Shown piece by piece: positions 1 to 8,328 of a DNA stretch of 64,000 nt (the stretch's first letter is position 1; each line of letters begins with the position of its first letter). The position numbers were made by a program, and so were the translations under genes. A model generated the notes under the pieces. That model saw only the letters and a list, made by a program, of their open reading frames with translations. It did not search any database and was not told the origin of the DNA. Origin of the DNA: a virus (Duplodnaviria; Caudoviricetes). The DNA lies in IMG/VR virus record IMGVR_UViG_3300029288_000152, positions 1 to 64,000 of that record; one strand, given 5' to 3'.

Positions 1-118
1 ATCCGAGAGCAATTCAATCGCGTCTATGGGATGGATCGGTACGAGTGTCGGGATGGGCGAGGGGATGCGAAGGCGGCGAAACAGGTTCAGTTGATGACCA
101 TGAAACCGGGGAGGAGCC

Positions 119-646
119 ATGCAACCCATTCCACGCAGTAGTGCGTTGGCGGATGCCCAAGAGGTGGCAGCCGCGCAACCCAAAGTCTGGACGATTGTGG
201 AGTACGTGACGGAGGAAGTCTTTCGGCAAGGGCATGATGTCACGCACCCTGAGGGATTGAAGCGGGTGGCGAACATGCTGGATGCGTGGGCATGGGCGAT
301 GGCGCGATCTACGTTGAGGGATCATCCATCCATTGCCGATGTCATGCGCTTGGGGATGCTGATTGAACCCATCGACAATGCGGAGGGATTCCGATCCTGT
401 GAGGTGACAGTCGGATGGCGGCGGTGTCCTCGCGCTGAGGATGTGCCAGCCTTGCTGGAGCGCCTCTGGAGGGATGGACAGGAGTTGACGCCGCTGGAGT
501 TCTACAAGGAACTCCTCCTGATTCACCCATTTGTGGATGGCAACGGCAGAACTGCGAAGGTGGTATTGGCGTGGCGAGGCGGAACACTTCACCAACCATT
601 TTTCCCCCCAGCAGACTTTTGGGGGCATCCCATTAGGAACCCGTGA
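119..646 (+). CDS. Fic/Doc family protein (putative AMPylase)
   Basis: [12 protein letters not shown] matches the Fic motif HPFxDGNGRxxR with the last R replaced by K; GGAGG SD upstream. Confidence 0.85.
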   Translation: MQPIPRSSALADAQEVAAAQPKVWTIVEYVTEEVFRQGHDVTHPEGLKRVANMLDAWAWAMARSTLRDHPSIADVMRLGMLIEPIDNAEGFRSCEVTVGWRRCPRAEDVPALLERLWRDGQELTPLEFYKELLLIHPFVDGNGRTAKVVLAWRGGTLHQPFFPPADFWGHPIRNP

Positions 647-1283
647 TTTGGAACCCACACTGTGGACAAGTGATGGGGTTGTGGGCAGTACAGTGCATCG
701 CACGGGTAAGCAGTTCTAAGTTTTCTATTTGGTTGTCCTGCCGATTGCCATTCTTATGATGCACCACTTCGTACTGGTACAGCGGGCGTCCAAGATGGGT
801 GGCCATGACCAATCGGTGCTCCAAGACCCATCCATCAGCATTAGCGTTAGGATGGTTAGGCACAATAACTCTCACATAACCCTCACCATTAACAAAACGC
901 CTAGGATTGCGCTGCCTGCGCCGCTCAGGCGTTCCCCATTTGCGCCAACGCTTGTAATGTTTAAGACAGTAACCGTGTCCCATCCACACTCGCCCACAAT
1001 TTGGAACAATGCAGATCCTTCGAACTCCTCGCTCCCGACCTGTAGGCGTTCGGAGCGGATCTCCGGTGATAATAAACCTGGAGTGATGCTTGACACAGAA
1101 GCCCTTACAGTGGTAGTCACTTGTGCAGCCGGGTACGGAGCACTTCCTAACGACTCCGTACTCTTTTCCCGTGCGGGTCTTAAGAGGATCGCCCGTGGAT
1201 CTGAGTCGATGGTAATGTTTGGTGCAGTACCCAAGGGCATAACTAGGATCTGGGCAATCTGGAACAGCACACGGGTTAGCCAT
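633..1283 (-). CDS. HNH homing endonuclease with three N-terminal Cys/His zinc-finger-like repeats
   Basis: C-terminal VLEHRLVM...[20 protein letters not shown]; three approximately 43-aa repeats of CxVPxC...GYCxKHYxR...GDPL. Confidence 0.85.
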   Translation of the reverse strand: MANPCAVPDCPDPSYALGYCTKHYHRLRSTGDPLKTRTGKEYGVVRKCSVPGCTSDYHCKGFCVKHHSRFIITGDPLRTPTGRERGVRRICIVPNCGRVWMGHGYCLKHYKRWRKWGTPERRRQRNPRRFVNGEGYVRVIVPNHPNANADGWVLEHRLVMATHLGRPLYQYEVVHHKNGNRQDNQIENLELLTRAMHCTAHNPITCPQCGFQITGS

Positions 1284-1289
1284 GGCGCG

Positions 1290-1318
1290 ATTTTAACACA
1301 GAACCCCGAGATTGTCAA
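1290..1318 (-). promoter_or_regulatory. Sigma70-type promoter for the HNH gene, probably leaderless
   Basis: TTGACA (1318-1313), 17-nt spacer, TAAAAT (1295-1290); ATG lies 7 nt downstream at 1283. Confidence 0.7.
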
Positions 1319-1582
1319 GAGTTATGGTGGCTGCGGCGTGGATGGTGACACGCCCTATCTAGTCGGGGAGCAAACGGCTGAGCTGTTCCCAGTGTAGTAA
1401 GGGCGGGAACATACGCTATGACTAGACGAAAGAAACGTGCAGAGCCGGGTCAGAACCGGCCAGCCACCATCAATCGTAGCATGCGAAAGGGAGCATCCTG
1501 CTGCACCGCATCCAGGCCATCCTCTCCTGGCTGCTTGAGTGCGTGGGGTGCTCCCCCCCTTTTCACATGAGGGATAGGAATC

Positions 1583-1810
1583 ATGTACTACTCGTTTCAA
1601 GGACGAAAGTTTACATCCACCCGAGGGGACTGCTACATCGATGTGGATGTGGATGCCCATGGGCTGGTGACGCAGGTGTGGGAGTGTGATGACTTTGGGG
1701 TGCGGAGGCCTAAGGGAGATGTCACCAAAGGTTGGGAGGGGGCATCGGTATCGGAGTACTGGCAACCCATCGCCCTGGACACCACATTGCAGTTGGATGA
1801 GGGCATTTGA
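1583..1810 (+). CDS. Small protein with DEGI tail (#1)
   Basis: Ends LDTTLQLDEGI*; SD upstream; TGATG overlap with the next ORF. Confidence 0.75.
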   Translation: MYYSFQGRKFTSTRGDCYIDVDVDAHGLVTQVWECDDFGVRRPKGDVTKGWEGASVSEYWQPIALDTTLQLDEGI

Positions 1811-1989
1811 TGGACGCCTCCAGCACCTTCGACTGGCGAGTGAGGAAGCTGGTCGGGATTGTGGCGCATCGCCATCCTAAGTGGGATCGGGCGAGATGCA
1901 TGACTGAGGTGCGGAGGATTCCCCCACGCCGACTCGATCAGGCCGTGATGATCCTAGTCAAGCGCACGATGCCAAGGAGCACCTAGGAG

Positions 1990-2235
1990 ATGTCATCACC
2001 CCTGAACGATTGGCACCCCCGCTACTCCGGCCCTCACAGGTCAGGCATCTGTCGGTGTGGCCATGCGTGGGATGATCATCACTTGGGCATTGTGCTGAAT
2101 CCGGCCTACATCGCAGCGACAGGTGAGGCGTATATCCCCCAAGAATGTGAATTCTATGGCTTCAATGAGACGGGGGGACTGGATGCGCATGGGCACGATC
2201 ATTGCTTCCAGTATGTGGATGCGAAGGAGACGTGA
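1990..2235 (+). CDS. Hypothetical Cys/His-rich protein
   Basis: GGAG SD; CRCGHAWDDHH...C...HDHC. Confidence 0.55.
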   Translation: MSSPLNDWHPRYSGPHRSGICRCGHAWDDHHLGIVLNPAYIAATGEAYIPQECEFYGFNETGGLDAHGHDHCFQYVDAKET

Positions 2236-2511
2236 TGCCGAACTTGCCAACCGTGCTCGCACTAGCCGTAGTGAAGGGGAAGGTCACGAGCTATGCCCAA
2301 ACTGTGGCTGACGTGGAGAACGTGTCCTTGTCTGGACTGGCTGCTATCCTGCGGGAAATCGCTGATGAGTTATTGAGGAGGCAGTGATGAGTAGAGGACC
2401 AACAGCACCAGTTGAACAGCAGGACCTGGATCGTGTTGCCTATCTCTTACTACGGATCAGCAAGCAGCTTGCGGAGTTGATCCAGATCATCAATCATGGG
2501 AAGGTGAAGGC

Positions 2512-2799
2512 ATGACCTCTTCTCAAAAGGCTGAGGACTTAGCCCTCGCCAAACGCTTTGATCTCAACCAATGGCTGACCGACTTCGGCATCCCCTTGGC
2601 TGATCCGTATCATGGGATGCTGATGCGGTTCTCGCATGAGGAGTTGGAGGCGCTGGTGGATGCTGCACAGGCTGAGGCGCGTCTGGAGCAGGCCGAGCGG
2701 GATGCACAGTTGGCTGATGACATTCGTAAAGAAGCGGCGGGTGAAGACTTGGGCATTCCAGACGCGATCCGCGCAGCCGCGAAGGAACAGCAGGGATGA
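2512..2799 (+). CDS. Hypothetical protein
   Basis: ATGA overlap, GAAGG SD, helical composition. Confidence 0.55.
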   Translation: MTSSQKAEDLALAKRFDLNQWLTDFGIPLADPYHGMLMRFSHEELEALVDAAQAEARLEQAERDAQLADDIRKEAAGEDLGIPDAIRAAAKEQQG

Positions 2800-2878
2800 G
2801 CGCACTAAGCCCGTTCGCGCCAATCCTGTTTTTGGGACTTGTTGTTGTGCTTGAGCTGGTGTTTGAAAGGATATTGCC

Positions 2879-3094
2879 ATGACTGACCTCGCGCAAGACC
2901 GAAAGCCGGACAAGCTGCGGGCGGTGCTGGTGTGGATCTATCTCGCGTTCCCGCTGCTGTTGATGCTTTCGCTTGCCTCGGAGTCCGACTCACTCATGTC
3001 GTGGCCGTCGTTTGTGACTGGTTCACTCACGCTGGTTCTCGTGGAATTGGTCGCAGGTGCCTCGTGGGGCTTCTGGACCGGGAGGCTGCGATGA
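2879..3094 (+). CDS. Hypothetical membrane protein
   Basis: Two hydrophobic stretches; starts with the 17-nt repeat ATGACTGACCTCGCGCA. Confidence 0.5.
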   Translation: MTDLAQDRKPDKLRAVLVWIYLAFPLLLMLSLASESDSLMSWPSFVTGSLTLVLVELVAGASWGFWTGRLR

Positions 3095-3315
3095 CTGACC
3101 TCGCGCAGCAGCGGCGGAGGATGGCTGAGCGATTAGCCCGCGCAGCCTTCGATGCGGAATTCACTACCGCAGAGGCTGAGGAGTTCCTGCGCGAGGCGAT
3201 GGCGCTCGCGGTGGAGGCGGAACGGGAGCGGCTGAGAGAGGCGGTTGGGAAGGTGCAGTCGTCCCTCTGCAAAGATTGCGTGTTGTCCCTGCTCTCGCCG
3301 GGAGGCCAGCCATGA
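3091..3315 (+). CDS. Hypothetical protein
   Basis: ATG at 3091 after GGAGG; overlaps the stop of the previous ORF. Confidence 0.55.
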   Translation: MTDLAQQRRRMAERLARAAFDAEFTTAEAEEFLREAMALAVEAERERLREAVGKVQSSLCKDCVLSLLSPGGQP

Positions 3316-3488
3316 GCGTGCCGGAGCGGTGCCCGAAGCATCCAAGGTATCAAGCGAAACGCAAACCGACGAGTGGGTGTCGGACGTGTCGGGCAATCTA
3401 CAAGCAGCGGCTTCTAGAGGTAAGCAACCTACTGGAGTGGTGCGGCTACGTCCACCGGGAGCCAGCCGCGAAGGAGCAGAAGGGATGA
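3312..3488 (+). CDS. Small Cys/His zinc-binding-like protein
   Basis: CPKHPRY...CRTC; GGAGG SD. Confidence 0.5.
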   Translation: MSVPERCPKHPRYQAKRKPTSGCRTCRAIYKQRLLEVSNLLEWCGYVHREPAAKEQKG

Positions 3489-3599
3489 TGATCGAGTGGA
3501 TAGGAAAGTCGCTGGCCGTGGTGGCGATTGGGGTGGCCTGTCTGGTCTGCCTGTGGATCGCCGTGGATCTGCTGCCGGATTCCGATCAGGAGGCTCCCG

Positions 3600-4013
3600 A
3601 TGACTGACCCAGATCGCGCACGGCTGGAGCAGATCCGGGAGCGGGAGCAGAAGGCGACGAAGGGGCCGTGGGATCACGATGGGATAGCTATTCGCTCTGA
3701 GGGTAAGGAAACGTTTGATTGGAAGATTCCAAGCGACTCTGTTGACGCCGACTTCATCGCTCATGCCCGTGAGGACATCCCGTGGCTGCTCTACCAACTC
3801 GCCACGACTCGTGCCAAGGGCGAGGCAGAGGCGAGGCGGGAGCGTAACGAGTGGATGTTGGACAAGCTGACCAAACTGACGTGGCTACTCTCCAACGAGC
3901 AATACGCCCGCGCAGTCAAGGTCACGCAAGACGAGATTGCCAACACCGCAGGCGAACTTCAATACGAGTTGGACGCCGCCCTGCGGCCCGAGGGGAAGGT
4001 GCGCGATGAGTGA
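3600..4013 (+). CDS. Ead/Ea22-like phage protein
   Basis: KATKGPW...DADFIAHAREDIPWLL resembles the ATxGPW...DAxFIA motif of Ead/Ea22-like proteins. Confidence 0.6.
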   Translation: MTDPDRARLEQIREREQKATKGPWDHDGIAIRSEGKETFDWKIPSDSVDADFIAHAREDIPWLLYQLATTRAKGEAEARRERNEWMLDKLTKLTWLLSNEQYARAVKVTQDEIANTAGELQYELDAALRPEGKVRDE

Positions 4014-4503
4014 GAAGATCACGCCGGAGCAGGTGCGGGAGTATGCGCGGGGTTCCGAGGAGCAGTATGGCGGGCCGGGGCCGATGACGCTGTTTCAGTT
4101 GGCCGATCAGATGGACGCAGCCGAACTCGCCCTGCACGCGGCCCAAGCGGAACTGAAGCTAAACGCTTCGATGCTGGCTCGGCAGTGCGATCTGGCGCGT
4201 GATGCTGAGGCCAAGGTCTCCACCCTCTCGGAGGCGCTGGAGCGCGTGGGCGAATTAGGCAAGCTGTTGACGTACAACGTAGCGCGGTCGGCAAGGGAAG
4301 CGGGTTGCACGATTGCGTATATATGCTCGGCTGCCCTCGCCCGTGCTGAGGTGCCAGCGAAGTCAGGGCAGGACGGCAACTGGAACACGACCAGTCCAGA
4401 CCCGAAGGACTGCAATCACGAGTTCGTTGGGAGCAACCGCTGCGCGATCTGCGGGTGGTATCCGCCAAAACTCGCCCGTGCTGAGGACAAGGAGACGAGA
4501 TGA
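4006..4503 (+). CDS. Hypothetical coiled-coil protein with C-terminal Cys motif
   Basis: Coupled overlaps at both ends; CNHEF...CAICGW. Confidence 0.55.
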   Translation: MSEKITPEQVREYARGSEEQYGGPGPMTLFQLADQMDAAELALHAAQAELKLNASMLARQCDLARDAEAKVSTLSEALERVGELGKLLTYNVARSAREAGCTIAYICSAALARAEVPAKSGQDGNWNTTSPDPKDCNHEFVGSNRCAICGWYPPKLARAEDKETR

Positions 4504-4715
4504 GCATTATGCAGTCAGCTGTTGACCGACAGGCTTTCAGAGCACGCGTCGGTAAGAGGCTACAACCCGTTCTCGCTGAGCTGCTGGCCGAACTGAAGCC
4601 GAGACGCGTTCCTGCGAAGGCACTCTCCAAAGAGTTACGCAAGTGGGCCGACTGGCTCGACAACACGTATGGCGTGCCCGTTGCGCCCTCCAGAGCGGAA
4701 GGAGGGGAGAAGTGA
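4500..4715 (+). CDS. Hypothetical basic protein
   Basis: ATGA overlap with the upstream gene. Confidence 0.5.
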   Translation: MSIMQSAVDRQAFRARVGKRLQPVLAELLAELKPRRVPAKALSKELRKWADWLDNTYGVPVAPSRAEGGEK

Positions 4716-4845
4716 AGGGTTTGGCTCGATGGGGTCTGCCGAATACACCGAATAAGGCAGGAGCGATGCCGTGGAGCGTCGGTTTTAAGGCCGCCATCGA
4801 GCCAATTCGCCCCGCCCACGGTTGGGCAGAAACAGGAGTGAGGGG

Positions 4846-5976
4846 ATGAACGTAATTACCACAGAGCCTGTCCCGATCAAAGTGTGGGCTGAGAACGTCG
4901 AGGACGGGGCACTCGCGCAGGCGCGGAATCTGGCCCATCTGCCCTCCGTCTACAAGTGGGTCGCCCTGATGCCCGACTGCCACGTTGGCTACGGGATGCC
5001 CATTGGTGGCGTGCTGGCCACGACTGGACTCATCATTCCGAACGCGGTCGGCGTGGACATCGGCTGTGGGATGGTGGCGGTGTTGTTCGATACGCCTCCT
5101 CCAGATACCGACGAACTCAAGCGGATCATGGGGATTGTGCGGAAGGAGATCCCGGTCGGCTTCGGGCATCACGGAGAGCCGCAGGCGTGGGACGGATTCG
5201 AGTGGGCACCGGATCTGCCGGTGATTCAACAGGAACTCGCCTCTGCCCGTAAGCAGTTGGGGACGCTTGGCGGGGGCAACCACTTCATTGAGTTCCAAGT
5301 AGACGACACCGGGAAGTTTGGCATCATGTTGCACTCTGGGAGCCGCAACTTCGGCCTGAAGGTCGCGGGCACGTATCACAAGATCGCCTCTGCGCTCTGC
5401 GAGCGGTGGCACGTGGTGTTGCCTGACAGCGAACTGGCGTATCTGCCGGTCGAGACACGGGAAGCACAGGACTACCTCGCCGCGATGAACTACGCGCTCG
5501 ACTTTGCCAAGGCCAACCGCGCACACATGATGCAGGCCGTACTGGACATCGTTGGGTTGGCTCCGGTCGATTCTGTCAACATCCATCACAACTACGCGGC
5601 GATTGAACACCACTTCGGGCGGAACGTCTGGGTCCACCGGAAGGGCGCGACTAGCGCACGGGTGGGGGAACGCGGCATCATCCCCGGTTCAATGGGGACC
5701 GCGAGTTACATCGTGGAGGGGCTTGGAAACCCTGCGAGCTTTACGTCCTGTTCACACGGGGCTGGTCGTCGTATGGGGCGCAAGCAGGCTTCGCGGACGC
5801 TGGATTTGACCGCAGAGCAGGCCAAGATGGCCGGTATTGTCCACGGACTACGAAACGCCTCTGACCTTGACGAGGCACCGGGAGCGTACAAGGACATCGA
5901 TGTCGTCATGGCCGCACAGCAAGATTTGGTCAGCATCGTGTCGAAACGACTACCGTTGGGCAGCATCAAGGGTTGA
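4846..5976 (+). CDS. rtcB: RtcB family RNA ligase
   Basis: MPDCHVGYGMPIGGV, VGVDIGCGM, LGTLGGGNHFIE, HSGSR, HHNYA, HRKGAT, PGSMGT, SCSHGAGR, DEAPGAYKDI. Confidence 0.95.
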   Translation: MNVITTEPVPIKVWAENVEDGALAQARNLAHLPSVYKWVALMPDCHVGYGMPIGGVLATTGLIIPNAVGVDIGCGMVAVLFDTPPPDTDELKRIMGIVRKEIPVGFGHHGEPQAWDGFEWAPDLPVIQQELASARKQLGTLGGGNHFIEFQVDDTGKFGIMLHSGSRNFGLKVAGTYHKIASALCERWHVVLPDSELAYLPVETREAQDYLAAMNYALDFAKANRAHMMQAVLDIVGLAPVDSVNIHHNYAAIEHHFGRNVWVHRKGATSARVGERGIIPGSMGTASYIVEGLGNPASFTSCSHGAGRRMGRKQASRTLDLTAEQAKMAGIVHGLRNASDLDEAPGAYKDIDVVMAAQQDLVSIVSKRLPLGSIKG

Positions 5977-6023
5977 GGGGCGAGGTGACGCATGAGCAGC
6001 CCTGAATAGGAGATGACATAATC

Positions 6024-6770
6024 ATGCAACATACCACAAGTCCCATCGTGCCATCGGGAGGGGTCCAATCCCCCCTGTTGCTGGCTGGACAAATCCAGCC
6101 GGGGGTGTTTCTGACGGGTGAGGCCGCCATCAATCTCTGGCAGGTGGATGGGTTGGAGGGTGAGGATCGGCTGCGGATGGTGAAGGTGCCCCGACCCGTG
6201 ATGGAAGCCGGACATGTTCACATGTTTGCCCCCGTGCCATCCAGCCGGGTGCAGGCGGTGGAGTGTCCGTGTGGGATGCGTGTTCAGCCCATCAATAGCT
6301 TCCTGCCGTCCAGAGGGGGATCGCCCCCCAAGGCGTATGTTGTGGCTCCACCTGATGGCAGTGAGATGCAGGTGCCAGATGAGTATGCCATCTATGGCTA
6401 TCTCCATGCCACGAGTGGGGCGCTGCAAAGTGTCGTGATGAAGCCCAATCACCAGTGGGCGGCGGCGATGCCCATCATCCCGGCCTTGCATGAACTGTGG
6501 CGGGTGCCGGAGGAGTTGCTCGCCTTGGTCGCGGGTGAGGTGGAGATGGAGATGGAGAATGAGGCAGATGCACCTGCTACCCTAACAGGCGCAACAGGCG
6601 CACCGAGATGGGCCACCCTCACAACAGGCGCAACCTTTCACTGGATCACTACCGATGGGACCACGCCTGGGACCACGACGATGGATCCCACACCAGTCGC
6701 ACTCGCTGATGATGACGACGATGACGATGAGGATGAGGACGAGGATGAAGACGGTGCCGAGGAAGGCTAA
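6024..6770 (+). CDS. Hypothetical protein with Thr-rich linker and poly-acidic tail, first gene of the Ubl cassette
   Basis: GGAG SD; ends ADDDDDDDEDEDEDEDGAEEG*. Confidence 0.65.
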   Translation: MQHTTSPIVPSGGVQSPLLLAGQIQPGVFLTGEAAINLWQVDGLEGEDRLRMVKVPRPVMEAGHVHMFAPVPSSRVQAVECPCGMRVQPINSFLPSRGGSPPKAYVVAPPDGSEMQVPDEYAIYGYLHATSGALQSVVMKPNHQWAAAMPIIPALHELWRVPEELLALVAGEVEMEMENEADAPATLTGATGAPRWATLTTGATFHWITTDGTTPGTTTMDPTPVALADDDDDDDEDEDEDEDGAEEG

Positions 6771-6839
6771 CCCATATTGCCGATGGATCATCCCTACCCA
6801 CCTCTCCAGTGGGCAAGGGGGAAAGGAGGAATACCAAAC

Positions 6840-7049
6840 ATGGCTAGGCCGCTAAAAGTGTTCGTACCCGATAAGGTGAACCCCGTCATCGATCTGGAGA
6901 ACAGCAACATGACGGTGGAGGAAGCTCGCCGCGTGTGCGTGTCGGGTGGGTTCACGGCTGTTGAGAACGCGGATTACACGGAAACCGTCATCGGATCGAA
7001 CGGGCGTGAAATCCGGTTCAAGCGTGTCACCGGAGGCAACAAGGGCTAG
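6840..7049 (+). CDS. Ubiquitin-like small protein (PRTRC protein C-like), C-terminal Gly
   Basis: 69 aa; MTVEEARR...AVENAD...IRFKRVTGGNKG* resembles PRTRC-C Ubls that end in GxKG; GGAGG SD; adjacent to E2/JAB/E1. Confidence 0.75.
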   Translation: MARPLKVFVPDKVNPVIDLENSNMTVEEARRVCVSGGFTAVENADYTETVIGSNGREIRFKRVTGGNKG

Positions 7050-7105
7050 TCTGATCCTCCATTCATGAGGGAGGGCAGGCCTGCCAGAGCGGAGGGAGGG
7101 GGCCG

Positions 7106-7348
7106 ATGCTGGAGAGGCATTGGCCCCTGTACGGAGGGATTATGGTCAGAGATGTGGATTGGCCGATGATTGCAGTGGCGGGTGAGATGGGGCTTGGGAG
7201 TTCGCGGACACTCATCAACCAGCTGTTGGGAGATGTCTCACTCCAAGATTTGATAGACACCATTCCCAGATCGGCAGGGCGGGGGATGCGCCTCACGCTA
7301 TCAGGTTGTCCTGAGGTATCCCTGCCATCGGATGAGGAAGGGGACTGA
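7106..7348 (+). CDS. Hypothetical protein within the Ubl cassette
   Basis: GGAGG SD; fills the gap in the operon. Confidence 0.45.
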   Translation: MLERHWPLYGGIMVRDVDWPMIAVAGEMGLGSSRTLINQLLGDVSLQDLIDTIPRSAGRGMRLTLSGCPEVSLPSDEEGD

Positions 7349-7349
7349 T

Positions 7350-7643
7350 ATGGCCACGGACCCGGAGCGGCGAGAGGTGGGGATCTTTACGACACAGGAA
7401 GCCGCCTGCTATGTGGAACCATCAGATGTGATCAAGGCCGCGATTGAGCGGGAGGCGCGGATGCGTGGAGTGATTCCCTTCGCCCTGCTCTCGCAGCTCG
7501 TCGTCCTGAAGATTCTCGCGCCTCAGGAGAGTGCAAGGGTGCGGATCTACCCGCACACTGAGGCTGTCAAGATGCTGGAGAGGATTCGGAGCAAGCTGAT
7601 TCACCACTACTATGCGGCCCAGTTTCATCGGGAGAGGAGCTAA
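7350..7643 (+). CDS. Hypothetical protein within the Ubl cassette
   Basis: SD and tight packing before the E2 gene. Confidence 0.55.
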   Translation: MATDPERREVGIFTTQEAACYVEPSDVIKAAIEREARMRGVIPFALLSQLVVLKILAPQESARVRIYPHTEAVKMLERIRSKLIHHYYAAQFHRERS

Positions 7644-7645
7644 TC

Positions 7646-8326
7646 ATGTCGACGCCGACTGAGGTGCAGATCAATCACGACACCGGCCTGTGCCGCATCA
7701 CTGAGGGGGAGGCGCGGCGGGTGTTCTACACGACGACTGATGCGGTGGGGTTGAGGATGCTGGGCTTGACTGCACCCAGCCATACCGCCAATCTCCCCTG
7801 GATGGACTGTCTCGCCACGCGGGGGATGGCGATTGGGATGCGCGGGGATTCCACCTTTGTCCTCTGGACGGTGATGCCCACATCCCGTCAACTCACCTGG
7901 CGGCGTCATGGGGAATCCCACGATCTGACCATCACCTTCCCACCCCTCCTGTTTGGGTTGAAGTTCCATCATGGGTCTCTGGGGCGATCATCCCTCTATG
8001 TCATCAAGCCGGGATTAGAGCGGCGGTTGAGCGTGGATCTGCGGGATCCCGTCCTCTGCCCCTTCCCGTATGGGAATGTGTACGATCATGGTGGCATCTG
8101 CTGGGGGGAGATCAATCTGCGAGACATCCATCAGCCCCAAGAGGCGGAGGATGCCTTCTTCCAGTCGGGGTTCAATGGGGATCTGTTCTATGGCGCGTCC
8201 ATCGGCGCACGGGAAGCCACCCTCCCGGAGGTGATGAGACGGATTGGGGCGGTTCCTGTACCTCCTCCTGTGAATGGCCACTACCGGTCATCGGTGCAGG
8301 GGATGGTCACGAGTCTGGGGAGGTAA
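7646..8326 (+). CDS. Prokaryotic E2-fold protein (Prok-E2_D / PRTRC protein B-like)
   Basis: FPPLLFG...PFPYGNVYDHGGICWG: PxxNV...GxICxG with a putative catalytic Cys; operon context. Confidence 0.75.
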   Translation: MSTPTEVQINHDTGLCRITEGEARRVFYTTTDAVGLRMLGLTAPSHTANLPWMDCLATRGMAIGMRGDSTFVLWTVMPTSRQLTWRRHGESHDLTITFPPLLFGLKFHHGSLGRSSLYVIKPGLERRLSVDLRDPVLCPFPYGNVYDHGGICWGEINLRDIHQPQEAEDAFFQSGFNGDLFYGASIGAREATLPEVMRRIGAVPVPPPVNGHYRSSVQGMVTSLGR

Positions 8327-8328
8327 GC

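Noticed and set aside
729-1397. 222-aa + strand ORF, and similar long antisense ORFs (4537-5637, 52485-53585, 54556-55596, 37179-37772)
   Set aside because: These are shadow frames opposite well-supported genes in GC-rich DNA, with no motifs or SD.
6705-6755. GAT/GAC/GAG trinucleotide run as a DNA repeat element
   Set aside because: It is explained by the poly-Asp/Glu coding tail and is reported at the protein level.
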